NCBI GenBank assembly: GCA_013265495.1
Contig: MU058000.1
Location: forward strand, 1,488,001 to 1,552,000
DNA: 64,000 nt
Direction: 5' to 3'
Origin: Vicugna vicugna
Lineage: Eukaryota
Part shown: piece by piece, positions 26,745 to 39,025 of the stretch
Layout: the number at the start of each line of letters is the position of its first letter
How positions within the stretch are numbered: the stretch's first letter is position 1
The notes under the pieces: generated by a model
What the model was told of the DNA's origin: nothing
The model's input: the letters and a program-made list of their open reading frames with translations, nothing else
Database searches by the model: none
Position numbers and translations under genes: made by a program

Positions 26745-27754
26745 CTCCCCTCCCCTTTTTCTTTCCTATTTTTAAAATTTAAGTGAAAAGTCTTACAACT
26801 GGCGATTATCGTGACAAACCATTTGATACTGGAGAGATGATAAATTGCTATTTTAAGAACACTCTGACCTGCCGTTTCTTGGAGGCTGTAGATGACAGTT
26901 AACGTAAATTCAGTTAGGGGAACATTGACTGTGGCATCTTGTTTTGTGGCTCTTGTTCTGACAAAGTTCCTATTGAAGCCATGGGAGTTACAGCCTGACT
27001 GATGGTTGTACCATACACATCCCTGCAGTTGGTATGCTGGGATGGTTCTAATAATTTCTAGCATAGCTGCTTCAATAATTAATGCTTCAGTTGTTTTAAA
27101 TGTCTTAATACAAAAAAGCTTCCATACAGTGTCAGATTTCCACATTGTAAGACAAAATAGTTACTGTGCAGTAATTTACATGGAATTAATTCCATCCTAG
27201 AGTTCTAGTAAAAGTTAGAAGCCATTTAAAGGCTGAGCTCTTGTGGTTATATGTCACTAGACTCCCTCTATGGAACCATTTCCTCGTAGTCCATTTATAT
27301 TCTGTACACATTTGGTCTCTTGATGGCTTTGATGGTTCTTAATTGCATTTCTCATAGGCAGTCCCAGTGGTAGGTTTCTTTCAACTAACAACTAGTAGTG
27401 ATATGCCATCATGCAAAAAGTAGTCTCAATTTAATTATTAGTAACAGTGATGTCTTTCTAGCTTCTTCCAAGAAAACATGAGAGCACATTACTTGATTAA
27501 CAGACCATTCCAGTAGGTGAAATATAGTTTTATTTCGTCAAGTTTGTTGTCTCCTAAGTTTTCAGTTCTTATTTATGTATTCCTAACCTCAGGTGCCCAG
27601 GGTTGAGTTAATCACACCCTTCAGTTCCTGGAGTTCTAATATTGATCTGCCGAAGAACCTCCATAATTTAATTATTTATTTATTCTTCCCATTTGTCACT
27701 CTCATCCCACTTCCCTCTTGGGCAATCTTCCAAATGTAATTTAAATTAAAAAAG

Positions 27755-28100
27755 TTTTTTTCCAGATTTATTGAGTTATAATTGACACAACTTTTATAAG
27801 TTTAATGTATATAGTGTAGCAATTTTGTATATACATTCATTACAAATGATTACCACAATAAGATTAATTAACATATCTGTCACCTCACATAATGATAATT
27901 TTTTGTGTATGGTAAAGATTTAATCTATTATCTTAGAAACTTTCAAATATACATTATAGTATTATTAACTATAGTTACCATGTTGTACATTACATCCCCA
28001 GAACTTATTCTCTAATAACTGGAAGTTTGTATCCTTTAAGAATCTTCACCCATTCCCCTCACAACCCCCGTCCTTGGCAACCACCAATCTGTTCTGTTTG
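27755..28100 (-). mobile_element. L1MA-type (L1MA9-like) 3' end
   Basis: 'tattattaactatagttaccatgttgtacattacatccccagaacttatt...ataactggaagtttgta...ggcaaccaccaatct'. Confidence 0.85.
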
Positions 28101-28270
28101 TAGATTATTTGTTTGGGTTCTCATAAAGCATGTAAATTCTTTTGCAGGTGTACATTGCTATATATTCTATGTAGTCTATTTTTCCTAACCACTTTCTTAG
28201 GATAGTTTCTTTTTTTAAATGTATAAAATCATTTGTAAGTTCTCATTTGAAAGCAAAACCTCAGTGGTAT

Positions 28271-28786
28271 CATTACCAAGTCCAAACTCATTCTGCTTGC
28301 CGCATGACAGGCCAATAAATCTGGAGATGAGGTATTGGGGCAAAGAGTAATGATTTTATTAGGAAAGACAGCAGGTCAAGAAAATGGCAGACTAATGTCC
28401 TAGAGAACCATCTTCCCAAGTCAGAATTCAGGCTCCTTTTATACCAAAAGGGAGGGGGTGTGGTTAGTTGTTGTAAAGTTCTTGGTATCAAAATCCTTTG
28501 TTCTTGCAGCTGTCCATGTAGGTCAGGTCGAGATGTTCCTGTAAACCTTCAACAAGAGAAGTGTTATTCTCTGTTCTGCAACTTTTTATCTCTCTTTGAA
28601 TGGGAAAGTGTTACATCCTTAAAGGTCAGAGCCTTGAGAATGCGCTATCTTATATATTTCAGGCTCTAGGCAACATTCTTTTACAAAAGGTGCAGAACCA
28701 TTACTGCTAAGCACAGAAAACAGAGCACAGGATTAAAGGTAAAGGAACAGATCTAATATGGAGTCAGATTTGTTCTTCCTATTACA
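28271..28786 (-). mobile_element. ERV1-class solo LTR (MER41-like family, tentative), copy A
   Basis: Minus strand starts TGTAATAGGAAGAACAAATCTGACTCCAT; TATAAAA (28437-28443) and AATAAA (about 28355-28360) on minus; 4-bp TSD gtat/gtat. Confidence 0.88.
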
Positions 28787-29458
28787 GTATATCATGTTCA
28801 CTCCTTAACTATTCTTGACTTCGAAGTAAGCAATTAATGCTGCATACGTATGAATGGGGATATAATTTAGTATGTCAGTAGCTCAGAAATGCACTATATT
28901 TGGAACACTAGGTCTCCAGAGTCGACTGGAATATTCATTTAAAACATATTTCTGAGAGTGAAAACATGACTTGAAAAAGGCAAAGAATGGCATAGGCCGA
29001 CCAAAAGAACTAAAATTGCCTGCCTTTTAAAGTAGTTGAATGAACTTGGCAGTGGATATGTTTCTAGTGCAGAGTAGCATTAAGCATTAGCTAAGATGCA
29101 GGCCATGTCTTCACAGAAGATAGTAAGCAGCAAAAGGGCAGCCAAAGTAACCTGAGAGGAGGGGTCCGTGTCTGCAGAAAAAGGGGAAATGGGTATTAGG
29201 CTAATGGAAATTAATACCTGGCTCTACTATTCAGGAGATGCAAGGAAATGAGAAGCTAAATACAGAAGGAATAAACCTCAAATCTTTTCAATCTGCCTAG
29301 AAAAAGAAAGCAATGTTCAATGGTGCAGGTGAGGTGACTTGGCTTTAGAGGTTAAAATTGTCCATCTCTGTATTTGTATGAAATCTGTTCACAAATGATA
29401 TGAGCATTGTATATCCATATATTTTTCCTGTTACTTAAAGTTGTTAATTTAATGATAA

Positions 29459-29926
29459 TGTTACAGAGTCCAAACTCGTCCTGCTTGCTGCACGACAGGG
29501 CAGTAAATGGGGAGACGATGTGTTGGGGCAAGGAATAGCGACTTTATTTGGAAAGCCGGCAGACAGAGAGAATGGCAGACTAATGTCTTGGAGAACCATC
29601 CTCCTCAATTCAGAATACAGACTCCTTTTATTTAAAAAAAAAACAAAAACAAAACAAAACAAAACAAAAAAACCAGGGGAGGGGACGTGGTTGGTTGTTG
29701 CAAACTTCTTGGTGTAGGAAATCTTTGTTCCTGCAGCTGTCCATGTGGGCCCGCTCATGGTGCTCCTGCAAAACCTCCAAGAAAACAAATGTTATTCTCT
29801 GTTCTGCAACTTGTTATCTTTACGTGAATGCAGAGCTAGCAAAACTAAGCCAAGAAAACAGGGCACAGTGATCAAAGCCAAAGGAACAGATCCAATATAC
29901 AGTCAGATTTGTTCTCCTCTATTACA
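29459..29926 (-). mobile_element. ERV1-class solo LTR, same family, copy B
   Basis: Colinear homology to copy A; TG...CA ends; own 4-bp TSD ataa/ataa; internal (CAAAA)n expansion and a U3 deletion relative to copy A. Confidence 0.9.
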
Positions 29927-30120
29927 ATAAGGGCATTGTCCTTATTTCAGATATCCCAAGAAGAGCTGGAAAGAAGGGGTGGAGAGAAAGAGACAAATTG
30001 CAATCAGTCTTTAATTAAATGGATTATCTGGAGGAATTAATGCATAAATGTCCACATGCTTGACATATTCATAGAAAATTTGGTGAATCTGTTTGTGTGG
30101 TTCAGTGTGTTTCACTAGAG

Positions 30121-30265
30121 CAGGAGCCGCCAACTACAGTGTATGGGTCAAATTTGGCCTGCTGCCTATTTTTGTAAATTAAATTTCATTGGAATGCAGC
30201 AACATTCACTTGTTTATATATAATCTACAGCTGCTTTTGTGATGTAATTGCAGGGGTTGAATAGT
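30121..30265. mobile_element. MER58A-like hAT-Charlie fragment
   Basis: 'caggagccgccaactacag...ggcctgctgcctatttttgtaaattaaatttcattggaatgcagc'. Confidence 0.78.
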
Positions 30266-31269
30266 ATTTCAAAATATTTAACACAATGGTAGATATTTTT
30301 ATAAATTTGTTACAATAAAAAGTAGAAGAGAATGAATTAAATAGGGCTGGAGGGATGAGGGTCTCCTGTGTATGCTTTTGACATTTGTACTGGGTGTAAA
30401 GGACGCTAGACACATATGAACTTAGGCATCATGGAATAAGAAAGCTTTTTTCAGTCATTATTGCTGTAGTTCAGTTCTCACTGGGAAAGCTGTGCTTAGC
30501 AGTAAGAACTGGATTTACTAAATTTAAACTAATAAAACCTACATCCAGTGCCACTCTCATTAGACTGGTCATATCCATTGGGATATCCATGCATCATCCA
30601 TGTTTAGCACCTGTGGCAGCATAACTCAAGGACTAAACGCTGATGCTCTGACAACATTGGGAATATAGGATGCAGAAGCCACAGTCACATTGAGTTTCAG
30701 AAGTGGTTTCTTTGTTTGTTTGTTTGTTTTTTGTTTGTTTTTAAGAAAAGCCATTTTTTACATCCAGAAACAATACTGGTATGTGGTTGTGTTCAAGGAT
30801 ATCCTTTATTGCTCATTAAAATTCTGTAATTTTCAGTAACAGGCAACAGTTTTCAGCCATAACTGGACGTCTAGTTGTGTTCATTTACGTAGTGCTAACT
30901 CCTGTGCTTCCACATAGAGTTCCAGGAATTAGTAAAATAAACATATCCTAGTGAATCTCCTTTTTTCCACCTTGTTTCCTTGTGCCTTCTTATAAGGCCG
31001 CTTCAGAAACATAAAGTCCCCCCACCAAAAAATTTTTAAAGCAAGTTGACAGTGCTATGAAATGAATGTTCAGTATCTCTATCATTTTCAAGTTATCAAG
31101 GTCTGTTAGTAATCCATTCCTTTTTTTTTTCCTTCTTTAAATAATCTACCTAGATGGAAAAAAATGCATTAAAGCTTTTCTGAAGAAAAGTTTAAAAGTT
31201 CATAATGAAACCTGTGATGATGGTTTGGGACTTACTTTCTTTGCATATGTGTACTTGACCCTCATGATT

Positions 31270-31410
31270 TATGGAGTCAGACAAAGCAAAGTCATTTTCT
31301 GGCAAAGCTTTGTGCTATCTTAGGCAACATATTGAACTTTTCTAGGTCAGTTTTCCCATTTACAAAATGAGGATAATGTGAAGTATAAATGAGATCATAT
31401 ACGTGCAACA
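31270..31410 (+). mobile_element. MIR SINE fragment
   Basis: 'tggagtcagac...tcagttttcccatttacaaaatgaggataat...aaatgagatcat'. Confidence 0.68.
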
Positions 31411-32259
31411 TGAACATGATAAGGGTGCTTTCAGAAGTAGGTGCTGGAGGACCATTGAGGAAAACTTCCTTTCTGATTTTTGAAATCCAGGGAAGATTTC
31501 TAAGAAATGGTGTTAGAATAAAGACAGAAACCAGAAAGAAAAACTAAGCAGTGTTCTCTTTTTAGGACTAATGCTATAAATATACATAGATGAATAATCC
31601 AATTTAGAGACGAACACAAAATTGAGCACATATTAAAGAAGAGAGAGCTAGGCATTGTGCTTGGAGGAGCTAGAAGGGAAAAAAGCAACTCAGAATTGAC
31701 CATAAACTATTGGAATAGCTGAAGCGCAGGATATGTATTGGAAACTCTGAGTCTGGGATGGGGAGACTATCCACAGTGTTAAGGACAAGTACAAAATGAA
31801 TGTTTAGTGTGATTCTGTTTTCATAGCAAATTGTCTTTTTAACATTGTATTGTTCTATATTTAATTAGATTCTATTTTGAAAGCAAGCTTGCGAAGTGGA
31901 AAAATGTTGTCTATCTACTCTGGCCTACTTCCCCTGTACATGTGAGTGACAGCTTGTAGTAATTAGGGCGTTGACTATGCGAGGATTTTAGCAGTGCTGT
32001 ATCATTATACACGTGAACTCAGAATTCTCATAGGGTCTTGTAATCCTTTCCCAACTCTGGGCTGCATCCGCGGGGAGCCTTTCATCCTCTGCAGTAGCAC
32101 ATGTGAAGTGCAAATTCCGGATGAGCCTGAACAAAACAAAATTCTAACCTACGCCTTCACTTAGAGTGATTTCCCCCTGCTGCCACCATGTGTGTGCTCT
32201 CCACATCCTGATCTTTGGTTGCTGTTGCTGTTTTGTGACATGTAAAAAGCTGTTGCAGA

Positions 32260-33020
32260 ACTTATCATAAATTCAATGGATCTAATCATTGGGAAAAACT
32301 CTGAGCCATCTAGCTCAATATTTCAGCCAAAGAAAATATTACCGAGTTCCAAAGGATGCAGGAAAAAATATTTCTACCCTGTGTGCCTGAAGTTGACGCT
32401 ATTTCATTCCCTCCTACTTTGATTTAATCTAATTGTTAGATGTTTCTCTGATAATGTAGAAGTCCAGATCTGTTTCTCTGTAGCTATTACCTTAGTCCTC
32501 ATTCTGTTTTCTGAAGCTACACAGCTAGATATGGTTGAATTATTATTTCAAAAATGTCCTTCCTATGCAGACTTGAAAAATTCTAAGAAATCCTACCTTG
32601 ATTCTGTCTCTAAATCTGTTATTTTCCTAGCTATAAATATAGGATTCCTCCTTACTTTCTTCTAACATCTGTTCCTAGTGCTTGTTTTTTGAGTGAATAA
32701 ATATGACATGATTTACATTCTCTGTCATCCTCCTTCCTTCCTTCTGGATTCCATACAATATTTTTATGTTTCTCTTCAAATACCATGCCCAGAATAAAGC
32801 ATTATGCCCTAGGCTTTTACTGAGCATCTTAGAGCAGCACAGAGTATCTACTTCCTTGTTCTAGAATTCACACTTCTATTATTGTGACCTTAGATTTCAT
32901 TAAGTTTGACCAGCACATGATCTTGTTGCTGCATACTGAATGTAAATCCAGCGGCTCTTATATATCCTTCTCTTACAATCTCCTGTTTAGTCACATCTTT
33001 CTCATCTTGCCCATGAGTAA
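32260..33020 (-). mobile_element. L3/CR1 LINE fossil
   Basis: 'tgcccagaat...tacttccttgttctagaattcacacttctattattgtgaccttagatttcatta' resembles the antisense L3 consensus. Confidence 0.6.
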
Positions 33021-34249
33021 TCAGAGTACTGTAGATAGTAATTTTTCCTAATTTAATATTTGAGAAATATTCTGAAGTTGATTAAAACGTTATAGACATA
33101 TTCACTACTGAATGTAAAATTATTTTATGATTAATTCTGTTACCATTCCTGTCTACAAGGTGTCCTACAAAAAGCATAGCACCTGAAAAAAGAAAACAAA
33201 ACCTGTTTACTTATAGTCACTGAAAGGCCTGTGGTGCCTTTCTTTAGAGAGGATTAACGTCATGTCTGACCAAAGGGGCTGTTGAGCTAGAACTATCACC
33301 CTTGAGTTAAAGAACATTTAGACTAATTTGTCTGTCTTTTGTTAACCTGAAATTCATGGTCAGTGGGGATTAATAGTGCATTTTGCAATTCATTCTGCTT
33401 AATTCTTACCTGGTCTAATATCACCTGCTGTGCTAGGCTGGAGAGACATAGAGAAAGCTACTACATTAAGTAATCCTGCTGAGATATTCTGGTGTGTAGA
33501 AGTGTAATGCATTTCTGCAGCACATATCCACAGGTGTCTTGTGAATATTTATTGATCTGTGGTAAGTTGGTCACAGAGTGAAATAGATTTCTACCCATGT
33601 ATTACAGACTTGAATTATTTTTTTAATCACATCTTCTATCATTAGAACTATAACCTGCCACCATGGTGCTTCTTAGTTAATGGCCTAATTTTTATGAGAT
33701 CCTTTCAATAATTATCTTTTTTTTTCTCCCTGTGTTTTTTATTGCCTCACATAAAATTATATGAGCTAAAGATAAGATTACAGAATTGTGGATGGAACAA
33801 TGAAAAAACACCCACCAATCTAGGGCTTGTGATGGTGGATAAATTGGATTAGGAACCTAGTAAACAATGAAGGGTATGTGTGCTATGTTTTGATAGGGCA
33901 GAATTTCATTACTATAAGTCCTATACTTTTTCTTTCTTTAATATATTAGTCAAGAAATTATACTCAACATTCCCTTTACTCTTATAACATAGCAGAGTAA
34001 GTCTGCCATGATGCACACAATTTCCGCCAAGGCATTAGTAGAAAGGATGAATAAAAGAACAAAAAACATATGAGTGAGTTTTTTGAGGCAATATCAGTAT
34101 CTTCATCACACGACGGTGATCGGACAAACGGACAGGAGCTAGGTCTGGCTGAATTATTATTTCAAAAAACCTGTGCAGTACCTTCATTTGAGAAGATCAT
34201 ACTAGCCTCCAGCCTCCCGTCCTCCTCGCATACCCTGGCCCTACTGATG

Positions 34250-34470
34250 TCCAAATTGGCCATGCTTCATATTTTGGTTAATTAACTGAATGTGAGCAGA
34301 AGTGATCTGTGACACTTCAAAGGAGCAACTGTTGAAGCCATTCTGAGTCTCTCTTCTACCACAGGATCAGTGTGTTCCTAATAGTGATTGCTCCTTTTGC
34401 TCTGGTCCCAGAATAAAGAGGATGTGGAAGGAGACTTTGTTGACCCTGTGTTGGATATGAATGTAGTCTT
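34250..34470 (+). mobile_element. Old MaLR LTR fragment (MLT1I/J-like)
   Basis: 'aatgtgagcagaagtgatctgtgacacttc', 'tgattgctcc...ctggtcccagaat'. Confidence 0.6.
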
Positions 34471-36012
34471 AAAATATCTGGTCTTAAAGATATCTAAAAT
34501 CATAAACTACCATGAACTTTGCTATTTCAAATCATGTCAGTGAGCATGGCGCCATCTCATTCTTGTCTAGAAGGTCTCAGGTATTTGGGTCACTTTGATA
34601 TGGAGAAGCAGCATTGATTTTCAGCCAACTTTAGAGTCTCAGATAGAAAGCTTTTGGATGCAAAATTCTATACTTTCCTAACTTATGTTTCCAAGGAAAT
34701 GGTACATTGAGTCTTGCTTCTCAGCTTAAGTCTAAACCTTTACACATAAGGGCTGCTTTGATTTGTTCCAAACAAAGCACTGCATTATTTAAACCTTACC
34801 TGAACTCTCCCCTTTTGAAAACCCTGCTGTATCTTTATGTCCTCGTTTTATTTGGTAGGGTGCTTTATGGTTTCTTTGTGGGTATCCTCCCTTTTTGCAG
34901 TAAATTAATAACATTAACTTTTTGGGACTCCAGATTGGTTCTTGTTGGTCTTTGGCTGATGGGATTTATCAACAGTTTGGGACATGCTGGAAAATAGTAT
35001 AAGCTCTGAAGGAGATATGGTTCTTGTGGAATGGAGTAGTCTGATGAGGAATCATGGGAAAGGAATTTGAGCTGGATGCTAGTGAGTATGTTGGATTTAT
35101 GTAGGTAGACAGTTTAGAAGCAATGTTCAAGTCAGATCTTCAGTGTAAGTAAAGATAAAATGGTAAAATGCTCTGTTCTTTAGCAAGGTCTATAAACTGC
35201 CTTCAGATTTTACCACTCGCATCACATCTCCTGCTTCCTCACTTACCCCAGCCCTGTCTGGATTAATACAGTAATTTTCTAACTTGGTTTCTTGCTTCTA
35301 CCTGTTCCCATCTATGGGGCATAAATCACTCGGCAGCTAAAATTACCATCCAAATATAAGTGATCTTGTTTCCTTCTTTTGTAAAAGTCTGCACTGACTT
35401 TTGCTATGCTTAAAATCCAGTCTTTCCATGGATGGCAGTGATGCTGCTGCTTTTCTGTGACCCGAGTTCCCTTTATGTTTCCTTTCTCCTTTCCCACCTT
35501 CATTCAAGTTACCTCAAAATGGTGAAACCATCATCATCATTGTCATCTGAAGTTCAAGTTTTACTTTGATAGTATGAATGTTGTATAATGATGATACTGA
35601 GATAAATACACACTATTGTTTGTGCACAATTGTGTTCCTTCTACGAATGATGGAGATTAGACTTTTACTGCCAAACTCATTGAAAACCCATACATTTGCA
35701 TATATTTTTACTGATGTGACCTAATTAAAAAATGAGTTGAATTTTCTTAAAATCTATGTTCCAGGGCCTCATTCTATTAAAATACTCTTAGCAAACTGCC
35801 TTTCATGTCTCGCTGAGGAGTTTGTTTCTACAAGCTGATACATTGCACATTTTGACTCTTCTGGCGGCTTTCAACTCCATTTGTATATTTTCTTCCCTTG
35901 CTGGTTGGTAGCATGTCTTACTATCATTGGTAATGGTATACCATCTCCACTACCACACCAGGCTTCCACGCACATTACTGTATATTTAAATGACTGGTCC
36001 GTTATACAATGA

Positions 36013-36376
36013 TGTTATGGACTGAATAGTCTCCCTAAAATTCTTATAATGAATCCCTAACCTACAACGTGATGGTATCTGGAGGTGAGGTCTTTGGTAT
36101 ATAATCAGGTTTAGGTAACATCCTGAGGGTAGGGCCCCCATGATGAGATTAGTACCCTTAGAAGGAAAGGAGAGACCGGAGGATGCTCTCTCTTCCCACC
36201 ATGTGAGGACATAGCAAGAAAGTGGCTTTCTGCAAGCCAGGAAGAGAGCCCTCACGGGGGAAATGAATTAACCAAAACCTTGATCTTAGATTTCCCAGCC
36301 TCCAGAACTATGATAAATTCCTATTGTTTAAGTCCCCTATCTCTGATATTTTGTTACAGTAGTCTGGACTAAGACA
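36013..36376 (+). mobile_element. MLT1A-type MaLR solo LTR
   Basis: 'tgttatggactgaat'...'ggactaagaca'; 'ccatgtgaggacatagcaagaa...ctgcaagccaggaagagagccctcac'; TSD aatga/gatga. Confidence 0.9.
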
Positions 36377-36494
36377 GATGATCATGTTTGTATCAGTGGA
36401 TGTGACTAAGTACATCATGTAGAAGTTCAAACTTTCATTGTCGACTTTTATAGATTCCCATTCTTATGGGCTCCATTCTGATACATTTAGATTT

Positions 36495-36780
36495 AGAAAC
36501 AGAAATAGACTCATAGACATAGAATACAAACTTGTGGTTGCCAAGGGGGCAGAGGGTGGGAAGGGATAGACTGGGATTTCAAAATTGTAGAATAGATAAA
36601 CAAGATTATACTGTATAGCACAGGGAAATATATACAAGATCTTATGGTAGCTCACAGAGAAAAAAATGTGACAATGAATATACACATGTTTATGGAGAAC
36701 TGAAAAATTGTGCTCTACACTGGCATTTGATACAACATTGTAAAATGATTATAAATCAATCAAAAATGTTTAAAAAAAAG
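36495..36780 (+). mobile_element. Young lineage-specific L1 3' end (camelid-like), 5'-truncated
   Basis: Reverse-complement homolog of 25115-25420 ('acaagattatactgtatagcacagggaaatatatacaagatctt'); A-tail. Confidence 0.9.
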
Positions 36781-38840
36781 AAACTTCAGGTCTATCAGTA
36801 TTTATATTTTTAATTGCATTTCTAAATTTCTGAGGTTTAATCTAAGAAATGTGCTTGTTCATTTCCCTATTTTAATGTTTTATTATTCTGATTAGCATAT
36901 AGGTCATAAATGAATCTATTAAAATTAAGCAAACTCTAACCCTACAGCTTCATGTTTACTTTTATACAGATACAGAGAATGAAAGATTATTATCTGACCC
37001 TAATAGTGAAAATAATTTATAGAAAAACCTCCCACTGGCTTTAATGGAATATCTAATTCTCTCCCTTCCCCCACAGTACTAGCACATACTCTTAAAATTT
37101 TTAACTACATGTTGTGGTATAGATAGTTGATTCTATTGTTTTAAAAAATCATATACAGTTTGGATATAGTAAACTTAGTTTTTCCTAGTTTCATTGCCAT
37201 TATGTTTATCATTGTAAATATAGATTAAGGAGCAGCAAGGAATAGCAATAACATTGGTGCTATTCTGGGGGTAATATTTTCTCATATATAATCAACTCAC
37301 ATACATTTTTACCTGAGATTTGTCTAAAATAATTGGTAGTTGAAATATAATGTACAACACTAAAAGGAAATGAAGTCATACTTATTCCCAGAATTTACTC
37401 AGTTTGCAGTTCTGACAGACTAACACAAAACATGTTCATGACTAGTGTGGAAAGTAAAAATCATTCACTAAAAATAGATTGATTTTAGACTCAACAATAT
37501 AGATCCATTTAAAATTTGTACTTAGGTGAGTCACAGAGTTCTTGACCCTGAATTCCTTCTATTTTCTGAAATAATGATTTCTCTCTTTGAAGTACTTTTA
37601 TCCTTTATCATTACATCATTGGACACCAGGGCCAAATGAGAATATGGAATTTGCTTTAACTACACTCTTGAATTAAAAAACAAATTCCTTTGCAGTAGTC
37701 TCTAAGATATGTGAAGGAGTTCAAAGATTTTCCAGTCATAGGTTTATACATTAAAAAAAATTCAATAAAATTCATTTTTGGGCATATAATTCTGTGGGTT
37801 TTGACAAATTCATAAATTTGTATATCCACCACCACAGTTAAGATAGAGAACAATTTTGGCACCCAAGGAATTCCCCTGTTGCCTTTTTGTAATCAACCCT
37901 ATCCAGCGTGCCCGGTTCCCGGCAACCACTGATCTATACTCTGTTCCTACAGTTTTGCCTTCTCGGGACTATTGTATAAATAAAATTATATCCATTATGT
38001 AGTCTTTCACTTAACAAAATGCATTTGGGATTCATCCATATACGGTTAGGTGAACCGATGCTTTGTTCCTGTCTTTCCTGAATAGCAGTCCGTAGTATGA
38101 CTGTTAACTTATGTTTATCAGTTGAAAGACATCAAAGTTTCCTTCAGGTTCATTATTTGTGCTGTAAACGTCTGTGGGTTTTAGCAGACACAGAGGGATC
38201 AATTTTCCAGTGCTGGGTCAACCATGAATTTTTGGCATAAATCCCACTCAATAGTGACGTATGATCCTTTTTAGATATTGTTGGATTTGATATGCTAATC
38301 CTTGGTTGAGGAATTTTTACACTTGTATTCCTGAGGGGGGTGTTGAAAGAAAACTTTTTATGGTATTTCTGTTAGACTGTTTCTAGAGCTCTTCCTATCT
38401 TTGTGTACACCAAGTTCTTGCCAGGTCCTGTATTCCCTCTGCCTATAATTCTTCCCTTACCACTTCAGCAATCTCAGAGTGCAGGTTTGCTGGCCATGAA
38501 TGAGCTGTGTGTCTGTCTGAAAAAAGAAGTGTGTTTTCTTTATTTAAATAACATGTATTTTTAAGTTAGAAATTTCTGGGCTTAGTTGAACTTTTTTTCT
38601 TTCAGCATGATAAAGATGTTACTCTATTACCTTTTGGTTTACTGGTTTATGTGGTGCCTGTTGAAGGGTTTGTTGCAATGCTTACCTGTTCTGTGTATAA
38701 AGTGTGGGTGTGAGGGGGAGAGAGAGTGTGTGTGTGTATGCGTGTGTGTGTTTTCCTTTTCCTTTCTGCCTTGAATATGGGATTACTAGGTGGTGGTGGT
38801 GGTTTTTCTTGGTATTTATCTTGCTTGGTTGGTGTTTCTT

Positions 38841-39025
38841 TTTTGTTTGTTTTATTTAATTTTAATTTTTTAATTTTTTAACATTTTTGAGAGTGATAGT
38901 TATTTTACAATGTTGTATCAAACTCCAGTGTAGAGCACAATTTTTCAGTTCTACATCAACATGTGTATATTCATTGTCACTTTTTTTTTGCTGTGAGCTA
39001 CCATAAGATCTTGTATATATTTCCC
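38841..39025 (-). mobile_element. Young lineage-specific L1 3' end, very short
   Basis: Homologous to the 25115 and 36495 copies; exact 11-bp TSD tggtgtttctt (38830-38840 / 39026-39036). Confidence 0.92.

Noticed and set aside
26675..27145. 156-aa minus-strand ORF
   Set aside because: No recognisable domain, and its 3' end runs into an MLT1 LTR; consistent with a chance ORF
28271..29926. Single miniature provirus (LTR-internal-LTR)
   Set aside because: Each LTR has its own TSD, the outer flanks (gtat vs ataa) do not match, and the LTRs are too divergent
30603..30623. REST/RE1-like site
   Set aside because: About 8 mismatches to the 21-bp consensus
33144..33182. 39-nt minus-strand exon candidate with a strong acceptor
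   Set aside because: Opposite to the inferred transcription direction, moderate donor, no recognisable peptide
37392..37525. Exon bounded by cccag| and a strong TAG|GTGAGT donor
   Set aside because: Short pyrimidine tract and stops in all three frames
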